Assembly: GCA_002269645.1 (NCBI GenBank)
Contig: NIVC01000073.1
Span: forward strand, 62,001 to 126,000
From: Macrostomum lignano
Taxonomy: Eukaryota
Length of the DNA: 64,000 nt
Direction: 5' to 3'
The notes beneath the pieces are model-generated. The model ran no database searches. It was given only the letters and a program-made list of their open reading frames with translations, and was not told the origin of the DNA. The position numbers and the translations under genes are program-made. Of this stretch, positions 13,250-25,800 are shown piece by piece (the first letter of the stretch is position 1; every line of letters begins with the position of its first letter).

Positions 13250-14110
13250 CGAAAGTACACGTTTGAAATAAAAGTACACATGGAACATAAAAGTACAGTT
13301 GAAATAAAGTACACATGTGTAGGCCGTGCGCTACACTCTCTGCCCCACATTATTCATGACTCACTTCTCTCGCATGTATAAACTGCATGAACTTTTTTTC
13401 CAATTCTCGACCAATTACGCATCGCTTCATCCCCACCCCAATATTGACTAATAAATATATTGAGCAAACAAAGCCACACAAGGCCACCTTTCTCGGCACG
13501 CAAACCTAGACTTCACAACATGGAACCTAAAAGTACAGTTAAAAAAAAAGTACACATGGAACCTAAATGTACAGTTGAAATAAAAGTACACATGGAACCT
13601 AAAAGTACAGTTGAAATAAAAGTACAGTTGAAATAAAAGTACAAATTAAACCTAAAAGTACACATTAAACCTAAAAGTACACATTAAACCTAAAAGTACA
13701 CATTAAACCTAAAAGTACAAATTAAACCTAAAAGTACACATTAAACCTAAAAGTACACATTAAACCTAAAAGTACACATTAAACCTAAAAGTACACATTA
13801 AACCTAAAAGTACACATTAAACCTAAAAGTACACATTAAACCTAAAAGTACACATTAAACCTAAAAGCACACATTAAACCTAAAAGTACACATTAAACCT
13901 AAAAGTACACATTAAACCTAAAAGTACACATTAAACCTAAAAGTACACATTAAACCTAAAAGTACACATTAAACCTAAAAGTACACATTAAACCTAAAAG
14001 TACACATTAAACCTTAAAAGTACACATTAAACCTAACAACAACAAAGTACGCTGTCAGGTGGAAAAAGCAGCGTAAAGTACACATTAAATCTAAAAGTAC
14101 ACATTAAACC
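13250..14110 (+). repeat. 19-bp minisatellite (AAAGTACACATTAAACCTA) with degenerate 5' units
   Basis: Near-perfect tandem at 13640-14030; degenerate units from 13250. Confidence 0.95.
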
Positions 14111-14289
14111 AAAAAATAGCTTTAACATTGGGTTAAAGATAAACATTGGGTCTGCCTACTATTAAAATCAATAACAATTTTTGTGCTGAAAAAATGACAA
14201 CCTCTTAAGACCCTATCTATTGGTAGCCCTTGGTATCCGGCATATCTTCTACTTATATCTATTATAAACAATATTTTTCGAAGGACAGC

Positions 14290-14410
14290 GGGGATTGCCC
14301 ATTCTGCTGAATAAACAGGGTGTACACAGCAGCGGCCCTTTGACTTTCTTATCGTCAGGCATGTACTATCCGTGCCTTGGGGGTTTACCCTCATGGCTTG
14401 TGAATCGCAC
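14290..14410 (-). mobile_element. SINE family 2 fragment
   Basis: Reverse complement matches 52880-52950 (GAGGG..AACCCCAAGGCAC...GTACATGCCT.ACGATAA..AAAGTCA..GGGCCGCTG). Confidence 0.7.
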
Positions 14411-14804
14411 GAAACCTAGAACTCTCCTAAAAATATCAATTTTTAAAAGAGAATTTAAAACAACTCAAACGTCCACAAAATGCACCGCGATTGCTTTGAA
14501 ACAGTATTTATTTCAATTGGAAATAATTTCAGCACCATATTTTCACTGACTTGCAATAAATTTTGTTTGAGCTAATGCAATAAGCCAATAGGAATAAAAA
14601 CAGAATGCGGCGATAAAAGTAAAAACCATGCATAAAGAGGTAAGGGTTAATTACAAACAGTAAGTGAAAGAACAGCTGAGAAGATACAATTTTTAGACTT
14701 ACAGCTTAATTAGCATTAGTATCAATTACGAGTACTTCAAATGCTACCACTGTCAAGGGTTGAGATTATACAAATTTACAAAGTCAAGTTGCTCAAATGC
14801 TTCC

Positions 14805-15660
14805 TGTTCTTTTTATCCGCTCTCTACCCATTCTTATCCGCTCTCTCCCTATTCTTTTCCACTCTCTCTCCATTCTTTTCCGCTCTCTATCCATTCTTAT
14901 CTGCACTCTCCCCATTCTTATCCGCTCTCTCTCCATTCTTATCAGCTCTCTCTCCATTCTTATCCGCTCTCTCCCCATTCTTATCCGCTCTCTCCCCATT
15001 CTTATCCGCCCTCTCACCATTCTTATCCGCTCTCTACCCATTCTTATCCGCTCTCTACCCATTCTTATCCGCTCTCTCCATTCTTATCCGCTCTCTCACC
15101 ATTCTTATCCGCTCTCTCCATTCTTATCCGCTCTCTACCCATTCTTATCCGCTCTCTCCCTATTCTTTTCCGCTCTCTCTCCATTCTTATCCGCTCTCTA
15201 TCCATTCTTATCTGCTCTCTACCCATTCTTATCCGCTCTCACCATTCTTATCCGCTCTCTCCCCATTCTTATCCGCTCTCTCCCCATTCTTATCCGCTCT
15301 CTATCCATTCTTATCCGCTCTCTACCCATTCTTATCCGCTCTCTCCCTATTCTTTTCCGCTCTCTCTCCATTCTTATCCGCTCTCTATCCATTCTTATCT
15401 GCTCTCTCCCCATTCTTATCCGCTCTCTCTCCATTCTTATCAGCTCTCTCTCCATTCTTATCCGCTCTCTACCCATTCTTATCCGCTCTCTCCCCATTCT
15501 TATCCGCCCTCTCACCATTCTTATCCGCTCTCTACCCATTCTTATCCGCTCTCTCACCATTCTTATCCGCTCTCTACCCATTCTTATCCGCTCTCTCCAT
15601 TCTTATCCGCTCTCTCCCCATTCTTATCCGCTCTCTCCCCATTCTTATCCGCTCTCTACC
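14805..15660 (+). repeat. ~19-21 bp minisatellite (CCATTCTTATCCGCTCTCT)
   Basis: Direct; lies just past the stop codon of the second bZIP gene. Confidence 0.95.
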
Positions 15661-15784
15661 CCTATCCAAATACCCTACCCTACATGTAATACCCTACATG
15701 TGCTCTCTCCTCAATCCAAATTCGCTATCCACTTACAATGAATTCATTATTTTTTTAAAAAGGGTAACTAAGTCAGAGAATATT

Positions 15785-16219
15785 TTAACGGCACTTTTCA
15801 TTTTCATCGGACGATTCACCCGCCGGCCGCTGACGCTGCTCATCAACTGGCGGCGAAATCGTGGATTCCTGTAGGCGACGAACTCCAGCCAGCACTGAGT
15901 TGAGAAAATTAGCTGGCAAGCCGATCTGCTGAGCAGCAGAGGTTAGCAAAGCCTCGTAGCTCTGGCCGGCAGCCGAGCACAGGCTGCGCACCTCAGCCTC
16001 GGCCTGCAGGCGTCTCAGCCTGACAATGGGAGCCACGGCTGTGCTCAAATGCGCGCACGCCAACCGCAGCGCTTCGTGCCGCTCCTTCCGATTCTGACGC
16101 GACGCTCTGGCTGCTTCGTTGTTACGATCGCGTCGGCGTCGATAAGCGTCCGCAGTTTTGTCGGCGACTTTGATCTTGTTGCTATGGTTACTGTTATTAT
16201 TATTGCTACTGCTGGTCAT
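15785..16219 (-). CDS. Divergent bZIP transcription factor, paralog of the 8778-9783 gene, 144 aa, single coding exon
   Basis: YRRRRDRNNEAARASRQNRK basic region; downstream RLRRLQAEAEVRSLCSAAGQSYEALL..A..QIGLP aligns with the paralog; TTTCAG acceptor 9 nt upstream of the ATG. Confidence 0.88.
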   Translation of the reverse strand: MTSSSNNNNSNHSNKIKVADKTADAYRRRRDRNNEAARASRQNRKERHEALRLACAHLSTAVAPIVRLRRLQAEAEVRSLCSAAGQSYEALLTSAAQQIGLPANFLNSVLAGVRRLQESTISPPVDEQRQRPAGESSDENEKCR

Positions 16220-18568
16220 CTTGGATCGCTGAAACTATTTGTTGATTTTATTATTGATACAAACAGCTGGCTCGATTATAATTATACAGTTAAAGAGATT
16301 GAATGAATTTTAAATAAAAAATAAATTAAAAAATTAAACAGCTACTCAACTAGCATTTCAACAGTAGTATCTCATTTTTCATTTCTTTACTATCAAGCCA
16401 CTCCCACACCTAATAGATGAATCCCTATGGTAAATAAATAATTAGCTAAGTTTCTATGGCAGTCTAACATTATTTATTGTTACATTGATATTGATATCAT
16501 GCTTATAGTTTTGCAACTTAATGATTAGACTCCAATTCTTATTATAATCCATTAAATAATTATATTGCAAAGATTAGCATTTTCTTAGCTAGGTGTCTAA
16601 TACTATTACTAAACTCAATGCTCTAAATGGACATTTTGCTACAAATACTTGATAATATTTACAATTTTATAATAGGCAAATTTAACAATCTACCTGGTTA
16701 TCTGACTATATACATGTAATAGCCTAGTGTAAGAGGCTTTAAGTAAGGATAAGAATGAATTCTTTTTTCCTTAAAAATTTCTTTGCAATGCTTATTAAAA
16801 AAACTTATGTTAGGCCTTAAAGATATAATATCTTGCTAATATTTTTAAATTCTAAATGGTATTTTGTTTAAAAGCACCTTGGCTTTTATAAAAATTTTTT
16901 CCTATTTCAGAAAATGTAACATACATTTATTATTTATAAAAAGTTAGAGAAATTTTCATATTTTCTAGAAATAAAATGATCTTAATTGATCATTGATTTG
17001 ATAGCACAATTCACTAAAGGTTTTTAATGATTATTTCAAAGGGGTTTAACATAAATAGGGGTTGGACAATATCACATTTTCAAGATTTTTTAGATTCAAG
17101 ATCTATGGATTCTATGCTTTTGAGATAATCAAGATTTGATTTAAATTCAAGATTAAGTCTAATTAGCATTTAGTAAGCCTAGGACTATTTACATATATTC
17201 TATCTATCAGTGCTAATAGTATTATTTATTAAATGTGTAGGCCTATAATGATGATGATAGATGTAATAAACAAATAAGTATTATAAAATATTGAGCTTTT
17301 TAATAACTTAATATTAGAGATAAAACAAATATTTGGTATTTTTATTTGGTATTCGGAAAGTAGGTTATTTTTGCTATTCATTTTGTTCTTAGATTTGTTC
17401 TTAGAATAGAATAAGAGCAAGTGCAAAATTTTAAATGCGCAAGTTTGTATGGGAAGCAATATTTTTATCATAGGCCTAGTTCAAAGGTTAGATATGATAA
17501 CACTTGGTTTGCTATCTATATGCAATGCAGTATGGTACCTTTGCTTTCATGTCTGCTTGCTTCCTTACCCCTACTTTCATGCTTATCTGCTTGGCTAGCA
17601 AGATTTGTCTGATTTGATAGCTTTTGCTATTGCATCATTGTTGTGCCAAAGGCTATAGCCCAAAAGAAAATGTATTGTTGCAGTTTTAGCAAATTGTGAA
17701 GTGTGGGAAAGATTTATACAAGCTAGTATTCTCAAAGCTTAGCAGATTTTATACAGGTATGAATAATGTATGCAAGAATACATATAATTAAGCACTGTAT
17801 AGGCATAGTCTTCTTCCAACATGCAAGTTATTCTTATAAGACTATTAGCACAAGACTATTTTGTGCTAATGCACATTGGTGCTAGGAAACCAATGGAAAC
17901 CAATAACTATATAGTTAAAACTTAGCCTATTGAGCTTGGCACTTAGTCTAATAGATGCAAGAAAGAGATGCGAAAGTTTTGCATCATTGACTGCTTTGTG
18001 TCGAACTATCAACCAATCTAATCAAAGTTACATTTCTCATTTGGTATTCAGTATTCATTATTTGGCAAGTTTGTATCTAAAGATTTAGTATTCGGATTCA
18101 GTAAAATCTGATATTAATACCATCTCTACTTAATATATATTGGCCTTATCAAATATAAATAGGCCTGTGTGTGTATGATAATAAAATTAAATTATCAATA
18201 ATCATAGGGCCTAAAGTAACAAATCTTGACTTTTTTGAGATATCAAAATTAAGATTAAGATCCAAGTGATATAGATCACCTTATATATTTATAATAGCCC
18301 TATATAGGCCCTATATATTATTTATTTATATGAACACTTATATATAAGTTTAGGCGATCCTACAGTTTTCCGCTTTTAATTATTTTTCGGCTTTTCCGAG
18401 TGATCATTGACCAGTGGGCCACCTATAATCAACTGGCCAATCATGTGACCATTAATCACTCTATCTGGTTTTTTTGACCCCAATGATCCTACCATCCATA
18501 CAAACACCATTGAGGGTGCATGGGCCAACTGCAAGGCCAAGTACCAGGCGATGCATGGTACTGCAGAT

Positions 18569-19155
18569 CCCTATTGGAATAAATGTTAAAAACCCGCGGA
18601 CGCGCGCTTTAGAAAAGAGTCAAACTATTTTACCGCGCTTTAGGATTATTAAAGATGTTCCGAAAGATCTGCAGTTTCGTCGAAATAAAAATTCGCTAAC
18701 TTTCCAAAATCAAAATTGAAATTTCCCGAAATCATAATTCAGAAAAACAAAGTTTAGTATGATCAACACTCACTTTTTTACTTTCAATTTACTGCTTAAG
18801 TAAAAAGTAATACATGTATATTTAGTAGAAAGTAGTTTATTTTTAGCGACTTTTTAGACACTACCAAAATTTTCACTTCTAAATTTTTTTTCGAAATTGA
18901 AATTCGCTCTAAAAAATTTCAAATTTTGGAAATTGAATTTTTGGAACATCTCTAAGCTTAATAAATTACGAGTATATAAGCCCCTTCAACAGAGGTATTA
19001 TACCCATTTCCATGTATATGTATTTGCTAGAGCAGCAGCCAGTAAGAAAGGGCAGCGCGCGCGCAGGCGCTGCACCTGTGCGCGCGCTGCGCTTTAGAAA
19101 AATTTCAAAAGTGCGCCGGACACCGTCCGCGGTTTTACAACTTTTTCCTATAGGG
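18569..19155. mobile_element. ~587-bp MITE (CCCTATTGG...CCTATAGGG termini) inserted in the Merlin transposase
   Basis: Imperfect TIRs, perfect 8-bp TSD CTGCAGAT; homologous to 26518-27102. Confidence 0.88.
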
Positions 19156-19296
19156 CTGCAGATGGCCTGTTCGAGACGTACCTCCAAGAGTTTTTATGGC
19201 GCCGGCTGTTTCAAGAGTGTCAATTCGGGAACATGTTGTATTGGATACGCCATTATTATCCATGTTAACTGTTGTGACTATCATGAGTGACTATTA

Positions 19297-20575
19297 TACC
19301 GGGTGTTGCAAAAAAAACTTGACACTTCTAATTCCCTATATAAATAGGCCTATATAGCATCAATACCAGATATTTTATAGTCATTTTGAAGCGCTCTTTC
19401 TAAGCATTCATTTGCTCTTACAGCGAAGCCAATTGCATCTGCACAGTCTGAAATGGAAGCAAGAAGGCACAGAGTGTCGACCTTACTGGACGCGGGCATG
19501 CCTGTGGCGCAGATTGCCAAGAGCATTGGTATCAGCCGGCAGGCAGTCTATGACATCAAAAGGCGACTGGATGATGGCAAAGGGCTCGAAAGACAGCCAG
19601 GATCGGGCAGGCCTCCAAAACTTGACTTGGCCGAAGTCAGGCAGATTTTCACGGACAACCCAATGGCCAAAATGTCCGAGGTGGCCAAGGCGGCAGGTGT
19701 TAGCAAATCAACTGTCTCTAGAGCTGTCAAGAGTGCTGGAGGCACTTCCCTTCGCCAAGTTGAGCGGCCACTGCTGTCAGATCAGCAGCAGCAGATACGA
19801 TTGGAGCGGTCCAAGAAGTTGCTTAACAACTTGAAAAGCTTTGGCGGTCGCATTCTGATTTTCTCGGATGAGAAGACATTCAGCATCGATCCCGTGTTCA
19901 ACTGGCAAAATGATCGATTTGTCAGCTTCAGCAAGGAGGATCGAGCCCGCCGGTATGTTTCCACCACCAAGCATCCGGCCTCCGTGATGATGCTCGGTGT
20001 CGTAGCCTCCAGCGGTGACGTCATGCCTCCTGTTTGGTTCTCGCAAGGGTATCGCCTAAATGCGGCTGACTACAAGGCAGTTCTACAGAAGAAAGTGCTC
20101 CCATGGATCACTCGAGTCACTAAGGGGAAGCCTTATGTGTTCCAGCAGGACGGAGCACCTGCACACACGGCTATCACCGTGCAGAGCTGGATGGCACAGA
20201 AGATGTCATTTTGGGACAAATCGTTTTGGCCACCCCAGTCACCAGACCTAAACCCGCTGGACTTCGCCATTTGGGCGCGTGTAGAGTCTGAGGCCTACGC
20301 TATGCGACATCCAAGCGTTGAGGCGCTAAAAGCCAGTGTGTCTGAGAAATGGACGAACATGCCGCCCGATTTCATAATCAGTGTGTGCTCCAGCTTCCGG
20401 TCACGCCTGGAGAGAGTTGTTTCGGCCAACGGCGGCTACATTGACTGAACATGTGCTACTCATGCCTATGTTTATATTTAATAGCTTTTTACTTGGTTTT
20501 AATCATGCTTGCCTTTCTAGGGGGCCTTTGTTTTTAGTAAACAGATTTGTCAAGTTTTTTTTGCAACACCCAGTA
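19297..20575 (+). mobile_element. Apparently intact Tc1/mariner element, maT (DD37D)-like
   Basis: 28-bp TIRs TAC(C/T)GGGTGTTGCAAAAAAAACTTGACA with 1 mismatch; flanked by TA. Confidence 0.95.
19453..20448 (+). CDS. Tc1/mariner transposase, 331 aa, D-D36-D catalytic spacing
   Basis: HTH and GRPPK, SDEKTF, QQDGAPAH, WPPQSPDLNPLDF; uninterrupted ORF. Confidence 0.95.
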   Translation: MEARRHRVSTLLDAGMPVAQIAKSIGISRQAVYDIKRRLDDGKGLERQPGSGRPPKLDLAEVRQIFTDNPMAKMSEVAKAAGVSKSTVSRAVKSAGGTSLRQVERPLLSDQQQQIRLERSKKLLNNLKSFGGRILIFSDEKTFSIDPVFNWQNDRFVSFSKEDRARRYVSTTKHPASVMMLGVVASSGDVMPPVWFSQGYRLNAADYKAVLQKKVLPWITRVTKGKPYVFQQDGAPAHTAITVQSWMAQKMSFWDKSFWPPQSPDLNPLDFAIWARVESEAYAMRHPSVEALKASVSEKWTNMPPDFIISVCSSFRSRLERVVSANGGYID

Positions 20576-21495
20576 TAAGTTTATCATCATTTCTTATTCC
20601 TGCTGTGCCTGTCGTAATTTTTTGTAAAATAATTAAAAGCAAAAAACTGTAAGATCGCCTAAGTTTATATATAGGGCCTAATATTTATACATTTATGTCA
20701 ATATATTTTCTTTCTTTCATAAATGATTTGGACTAAGAATGACTCAGCTAGAGAGCTAGTAGGCTTTATCATGCGCTGAACTGAACAGTGAACTACAGAG
20801 CCCAGCAAGGGAATGTACAATTCTATCTACATATTAAGCTTCTCTTCAATGGAGTACAAATGATTTCTGTGGAAATATAGGCCTAGTTCTTTTTCTAAGG
20901 AGTAATATGCTAGGCCTAGGGCCTACATAAAGTGCACAAGATACCAAGGTATAGGCCTGCATAGGCTTACCTAGTATTTCAAGTTCTAGAGATAATTCAA
21001 ATGCAAAAACTGGTCAAAGTATGGTCTAGGCCCTACTAAAGGCAATGAGTAAAACTCAGAGAGACTAGAGTAGAAACTTAGACTTAGTTCTTTGTAATTA
21101 GGCCTATGCTTACTAATTCTATATAGTCTTTTCTATAAATTTTCTTAAAACTAAGTCTAAAGTAGGCCTATTAAAGGGCAATGTCCTTGTTTCCTGCATT
21201 ATATTATTTTGACCTAATTTTCATATTTTCAGCATAAATCATGGCTAGATGACCTTAAGTGCTTGTAAATAGGCTCATCATACCTCCTGCTCCTGCCAAT
21301 TTGTGGCTATCGGGCAACCTCTGTGACATTGAGATCAGTCACTACGATCTGGTGCTGTTAACAGTTGATGCTAAGTTGACTATGCATTGGCTCATGACCT
21401 ATCATCTAATAGCTAACTCACTCGCGGAAATGCAGCCACTGTAGGCCCTAGGCCTGCCCTAAGGAAGGGCAAGGCTGACACTTGCTTTTGAAGAA

Positions 21496-22024
21496 GGCAG
21501 TGCTTATCCGCACGGTACCGTGGGAATAATTTCTGTCTTATTCCAACGGTACCGTGCGAATGGTTTTCTGCTTATCCGCACGGCACACTGACGAGATAGC
21601 TGCCCTACACGTCCTCTGTTTTATTCCCTCTGCTTTACTAGCTGCCCTATCGGTTTTTATCTGCTACATATGCTGTGCGTGAATAGTTTATAGCTTATTG
21701 AAAGGGAATTTGAACTGAGGATACTAAGAAGCTGTTGATCTTGATGATGTATAAACTCGAATCAGTTCTAGACTAGTATATGCATGTGTAAATGCGTGTT
21801 ATTCTGCTTTACTGATACCCTTCTGTATACTTATTCAACAATAATTCAACAAAGTTGTTATGCTGCACTCAAATCGTATGTACTAAACTTCCCACACGGC
21901 ATATGTAGAAGATAGGGCAGCTATCTCCTCAGTGTGCCGTGCGGATAAGCAGAAAATTATTCGCACGGTACCGTTGGAATAAGACAGAAATTATTCCTAC
22001 GGTACCGTGGGGATAAGCACTGCC
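21496..22024. mobile_element. MULE/MuDR-type MITE
   Basis: ~110-bp TIRs starting GGCAGTGCTTATCC; perfect 9-bp TSD TTTGAAGAA. Confidence 0.9.
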
Positions 22025-22823
22025 TTTGAAGAATTGTTCTTGTTTGTTTGGTTTCAAATTTTGGGTCAAAATAATTTATCGCGGGAAACTAGAACATTGC
22101 CTATTGAAGTTTTGCAAGTAAAACTATGACTAGGCCTTTTACTAATAGTATTAAACTCGCTAGGCCTAAGCCACTAGTCTAGTAGTAGGCCTAGCCACCT
22201 GGGCGGCTAGACGCTAGGGAATTCGACAGAAAAATAAACTCCATTAAAATTGCAATTGTTCGAAGACCTGCTGATCAGGGAAGCGAATTCTAACAGTTTT
22301 CATTTTTACTTCCTGTATAAAACGTTCTACCTACCTTTTAACCTCTACAGTCCTCTACAATTATCTTCCATCAAAACCGAACGAAGTCCCTGCATGACAT
22401 GCATCCATCGATGGGACACCGACCGATGTCCTATTTTTGACGTTTTTATATTAAAAAAATTATTGACTATTTGATTTTATAAAGGCTATGCTTTATCGAG
22501 TTTAATCTAGTATTTAACTACAAGTTTACAAAATAACAAATGCAAGATTTGTTAATCTCAGTTTTTCTGTGAAACTGTTTTTAAAATATACGAGCAGCGA
22601 CAGCGTCGTGCTTCGACTGGATGGATGGATTGTTCAACTGAATTAGAAAAATTGAACGAACTAACGAACTGAATTCATTCTGTTAAGGGTTATTCAGACT
22701 TCAGTTGTATTGTGTACTTAGGTATTAATATATGTATCGTTTCTTTGATGCAACTCAGTGAATATTAACTACATCCTAATAAATAATTGATCTAGATCTA
22801 GATAAGATACGCCTGATTGAGCA

Positions 22824-25800
22824 ATGTCACAAAGTGAAGTCGAATCAGCTATCGCATTATTTAAGACGACAGTTGACGATTTTGATGACTCTGACAACGA
22901 GTTACATCTGTAAGTGGTCTCTTACACATGAGAATGTGGATAAAAGCTTTATAAGCGAGTTTCTTTTTCTTTTTTATGCTTTTACTAGGGCAGGGCTTAG
23001 TTATTGAACTTATTGATAAAACTGAATTCAGAACCAAATTAGAAATAGGGCCTATTTAATAAATAATAAAGTTTTAAAAGTCAGACAGCTGGGTGCAGGT
23101 CATTTTTGTGACAAGTCGTTTTGGCCATACCATAGTCCAGATGGTATCCAGTCCAGTCAATCTGGCGACAAGACGATCCAGCGACAGACAATCTGGCAAC
23201 AGTCAATATGGCAACAGACAATCCGGCGACAGATAGGCCCTATTAAATCAACGTATATCAGCATATATATGGATTAGTTGAGCTATTATTTTTAGCTCTT
23301 TATTATTACCTATTAATACTTAAATAATTAAATAACAATTATATAAACTATAAGCTATTGAAACCCGTGGATTTTGAACCCGGGGAGTTCTGATTCCAGG
23401 AAATATTTGTGCATGTGCTCTGAGATCTGAGGCCATACTCAAACAAAAACTTGTTAATGGTTAGTAGGATAGAGTAAATATAAAATGGAGTACATTCGTG
23501 TAAAATTAGAATTTGAGGCAAACATTTGATATTGTTGGCTGGGGTATGTGCTGCGCAGAATGTCGGGCAATGTCTGTTTGACTCTAAAACATATATTGGC
23601 AAACTCTGGCCTCTGCCTCTGACTCTCGCTACGTACCTTGGATTGATTGCAACTTGTATCTTCTCTCTGTTTCCTCTCTTCTCTCTCATCCCTTGTCTCT
23701 CCTTTCTTCTTTCTCCTCTCCTCTCTCCCCCTTTTCTCTCGTCTCTTCCTTCTCTCTACTCTTTCCTCAATCTCTTTCTTCTCATCTCTTTTCTTGTTTT
23801 ATCTCTCCCCTCATCTCTCATCTATTCCCTCACCTCTCTTCTCTCTCGTCTCTCTGCACTCTCCTTTCACCTCTTTAATCTCTCATCTTTACTCTCTCAT
23901 CTCTCCTTTTATCTGTCTCATCTCTACAATCTCATCTTTTTCCTCTCTCCTCCTCTTCCCTTTACTCTATCAAGAGATTTTTCAAGAGATTTCTATCAAA
24001 AGATCTTTCAAGAGAATGAGTCCTTTCTCCTCTCTACTTTCTCAACTCTCTCTCTCTCTCTTATCTTTTATCTCTTATCTCCTCTTCTCACTCCTCTCTC
24101 CCCCTCTCTCCCCCTCTTATCTCCTCTCTTCTCTATCCTTTCAAATCTCTCCTCTCGATCCTCTCTCATCTACCTCTCTATTTTCTCATCTCTTCTCACT
24201 CTTCTCTACTCTCCTCTTTGATCGATCCTGTCTCATCCCTCCCCTCTTCTCTCTCCATCTTCTCACCTCTACTATTTCCTCTCCCTTCTCTCTCCCCTCC
24301 TCTCGCTTCTTCGTCCCATATTCTCTGCTCTCTCCTCAACCCCCTCGTCTCTCCTGTTATCTTCTATTTTTTTTCTTATCCCCATCTCGCCCCTCCTCCC
24401 TCTCTAATAGTCTATTCCTTTTCCTTTTCACTCTCATCTGGCCCACAGCCCTGAGCTGGATTCTTCATCTGGCCTTTGAGATAAAAATCTGCCGATCCCT
24501 GCTTTGAAAGTACTATTATGGGACGTAGTACTATCATGGTTATTATCATTTCTCATGCTTTAATCACGTAAACTTTCTGGCCAATTAGCAGCCCTGAGAG
24601 GAATTTGTGTATCTCCATTCTCCAGCTCCACCACCACAGTCTGCAGCAGTCTATCAACCAAGGAAATATGCATTTCTTAGCAGGTCATTTAAATTTTAAA
24701 GTACCTTATGCAAATCTTAATGTTAAAATTTTCGTGGTGTAACTAATTTAGTAGGATAATAGGATTGCATTGTAATCAGTGATTCATTAATTTTTCGCTA
24801 TTTTTATAAACCATCCCACATCGCCTTGATTTGCCATCCTTGTTTAACTGCTGCGACTTGTCTATACAGAGGACAGTGGTTTGAATCTCTTGCTAAACTC
24901 TCTCCTCTCCACGCCTCTCCACTCACGGGGGTACAGAGAAGGCTATTAAAAAGTTATTCCAAAACACTGTACATTCGCTATGTACATTGAGCCCTATCGC
25001 CTGATCCTTTGTCTGGGGGAATGAGTTGGATGAGCGGCAAACAACAGAAAAAGCAGACAGACTTCACATGCCTACAGTTTCTGTTCTGATTGAGATACAG
25101 AGTTGAGACTTTACATTTAGACAAAGAATGAGTCAAAGAAGAATTGTGTCAAGTTTCAAGTTAATGGCTTCACGTGGAGCAAACTTATGGCAGCCAAAAG
25201 TTAGTCAATTTTGAAACCCCTTTTATACATCTGGGCCCAGATCAGGATCAGGAAAGAAAGGCAGGCGGGTGGAGGTTGGGGGGGGGGGTTGGGGTGGCTG
25301 CCTCGCTGAAAAAAACAGCCTAACTTTAAAAGTGCACAGCGCCATTCAGGATTAACTTTGAGAATCAAAATTTTACACGATTGTGTCAAAATAGTTCAAG
25401 ATTGTCTGTGTCAAATTTGAAGAGGATCGGTAGAAGTGGAGCGGCGCTATGGAGAATTTAGTGAAAAAAATCGCGCATTTTGAGCAGTTTTTTGCACTTT
25501 TAGATGGGAAGACTCAAATTTAGGAAATTTTAAGGTAGCCTATGACACTTTCCGTAGGGAATTTAGGGTGGGTGCAAAATTTGGTGTGAATTGATAGAGC
25601 GGTTTGGGAGTCCATAGCAAAGTAATTTGTACACACATACACACACAGAGTTTTGATTTTTATAGGTAGAGATAATTGTTGCAGTTATATTTTTAGAGCT
25701 GTACATAGCTGTTGATTTTTAATATGTTATTTTCAAAGACGATCAATCAATTTAATCTGCTTGGAAAACAAGTTTCTATGACTATGATCAATATTGTTGT

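Larger units (their letters stand above)
18353..20659 (+). mobile_element. Deleted Merlin (IS1595/ISXO2-like) element hosting two nested insertions
   Basis: TIRs GGCGATCCTACAGTTTT..GCTTTTAATTATTTT at both ends and perfect 8-bp TSD TAAGTTTA. Transposase remnant IIDQWATYNQL..HVTINHS..FDP..HTNTIEGAWANCKAKY..MHGT (18403-18568, one frameshift) continues as GLFETYLQEFLWRR...IRHYYPC* (19164-19268). Confidence 0.88.

Noticed and set aside
11975-13640. CRISPR-like constant motif with variable spacers
   Set aside because: The motif is about 10 nt, the spacers about 9 nt and mutually related, the context is eukaryotic and there are no cas genes. None of the arrays in the window has unique spacers.
14741-15874. 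300-377 aa ORFs
   Set aside because: Minisatellite translations open in several frames.
23526-24507. Leu/Ser-rich ORFs resembling membrane proteins
   Set aside because: CT-rich low-complexity sequence.
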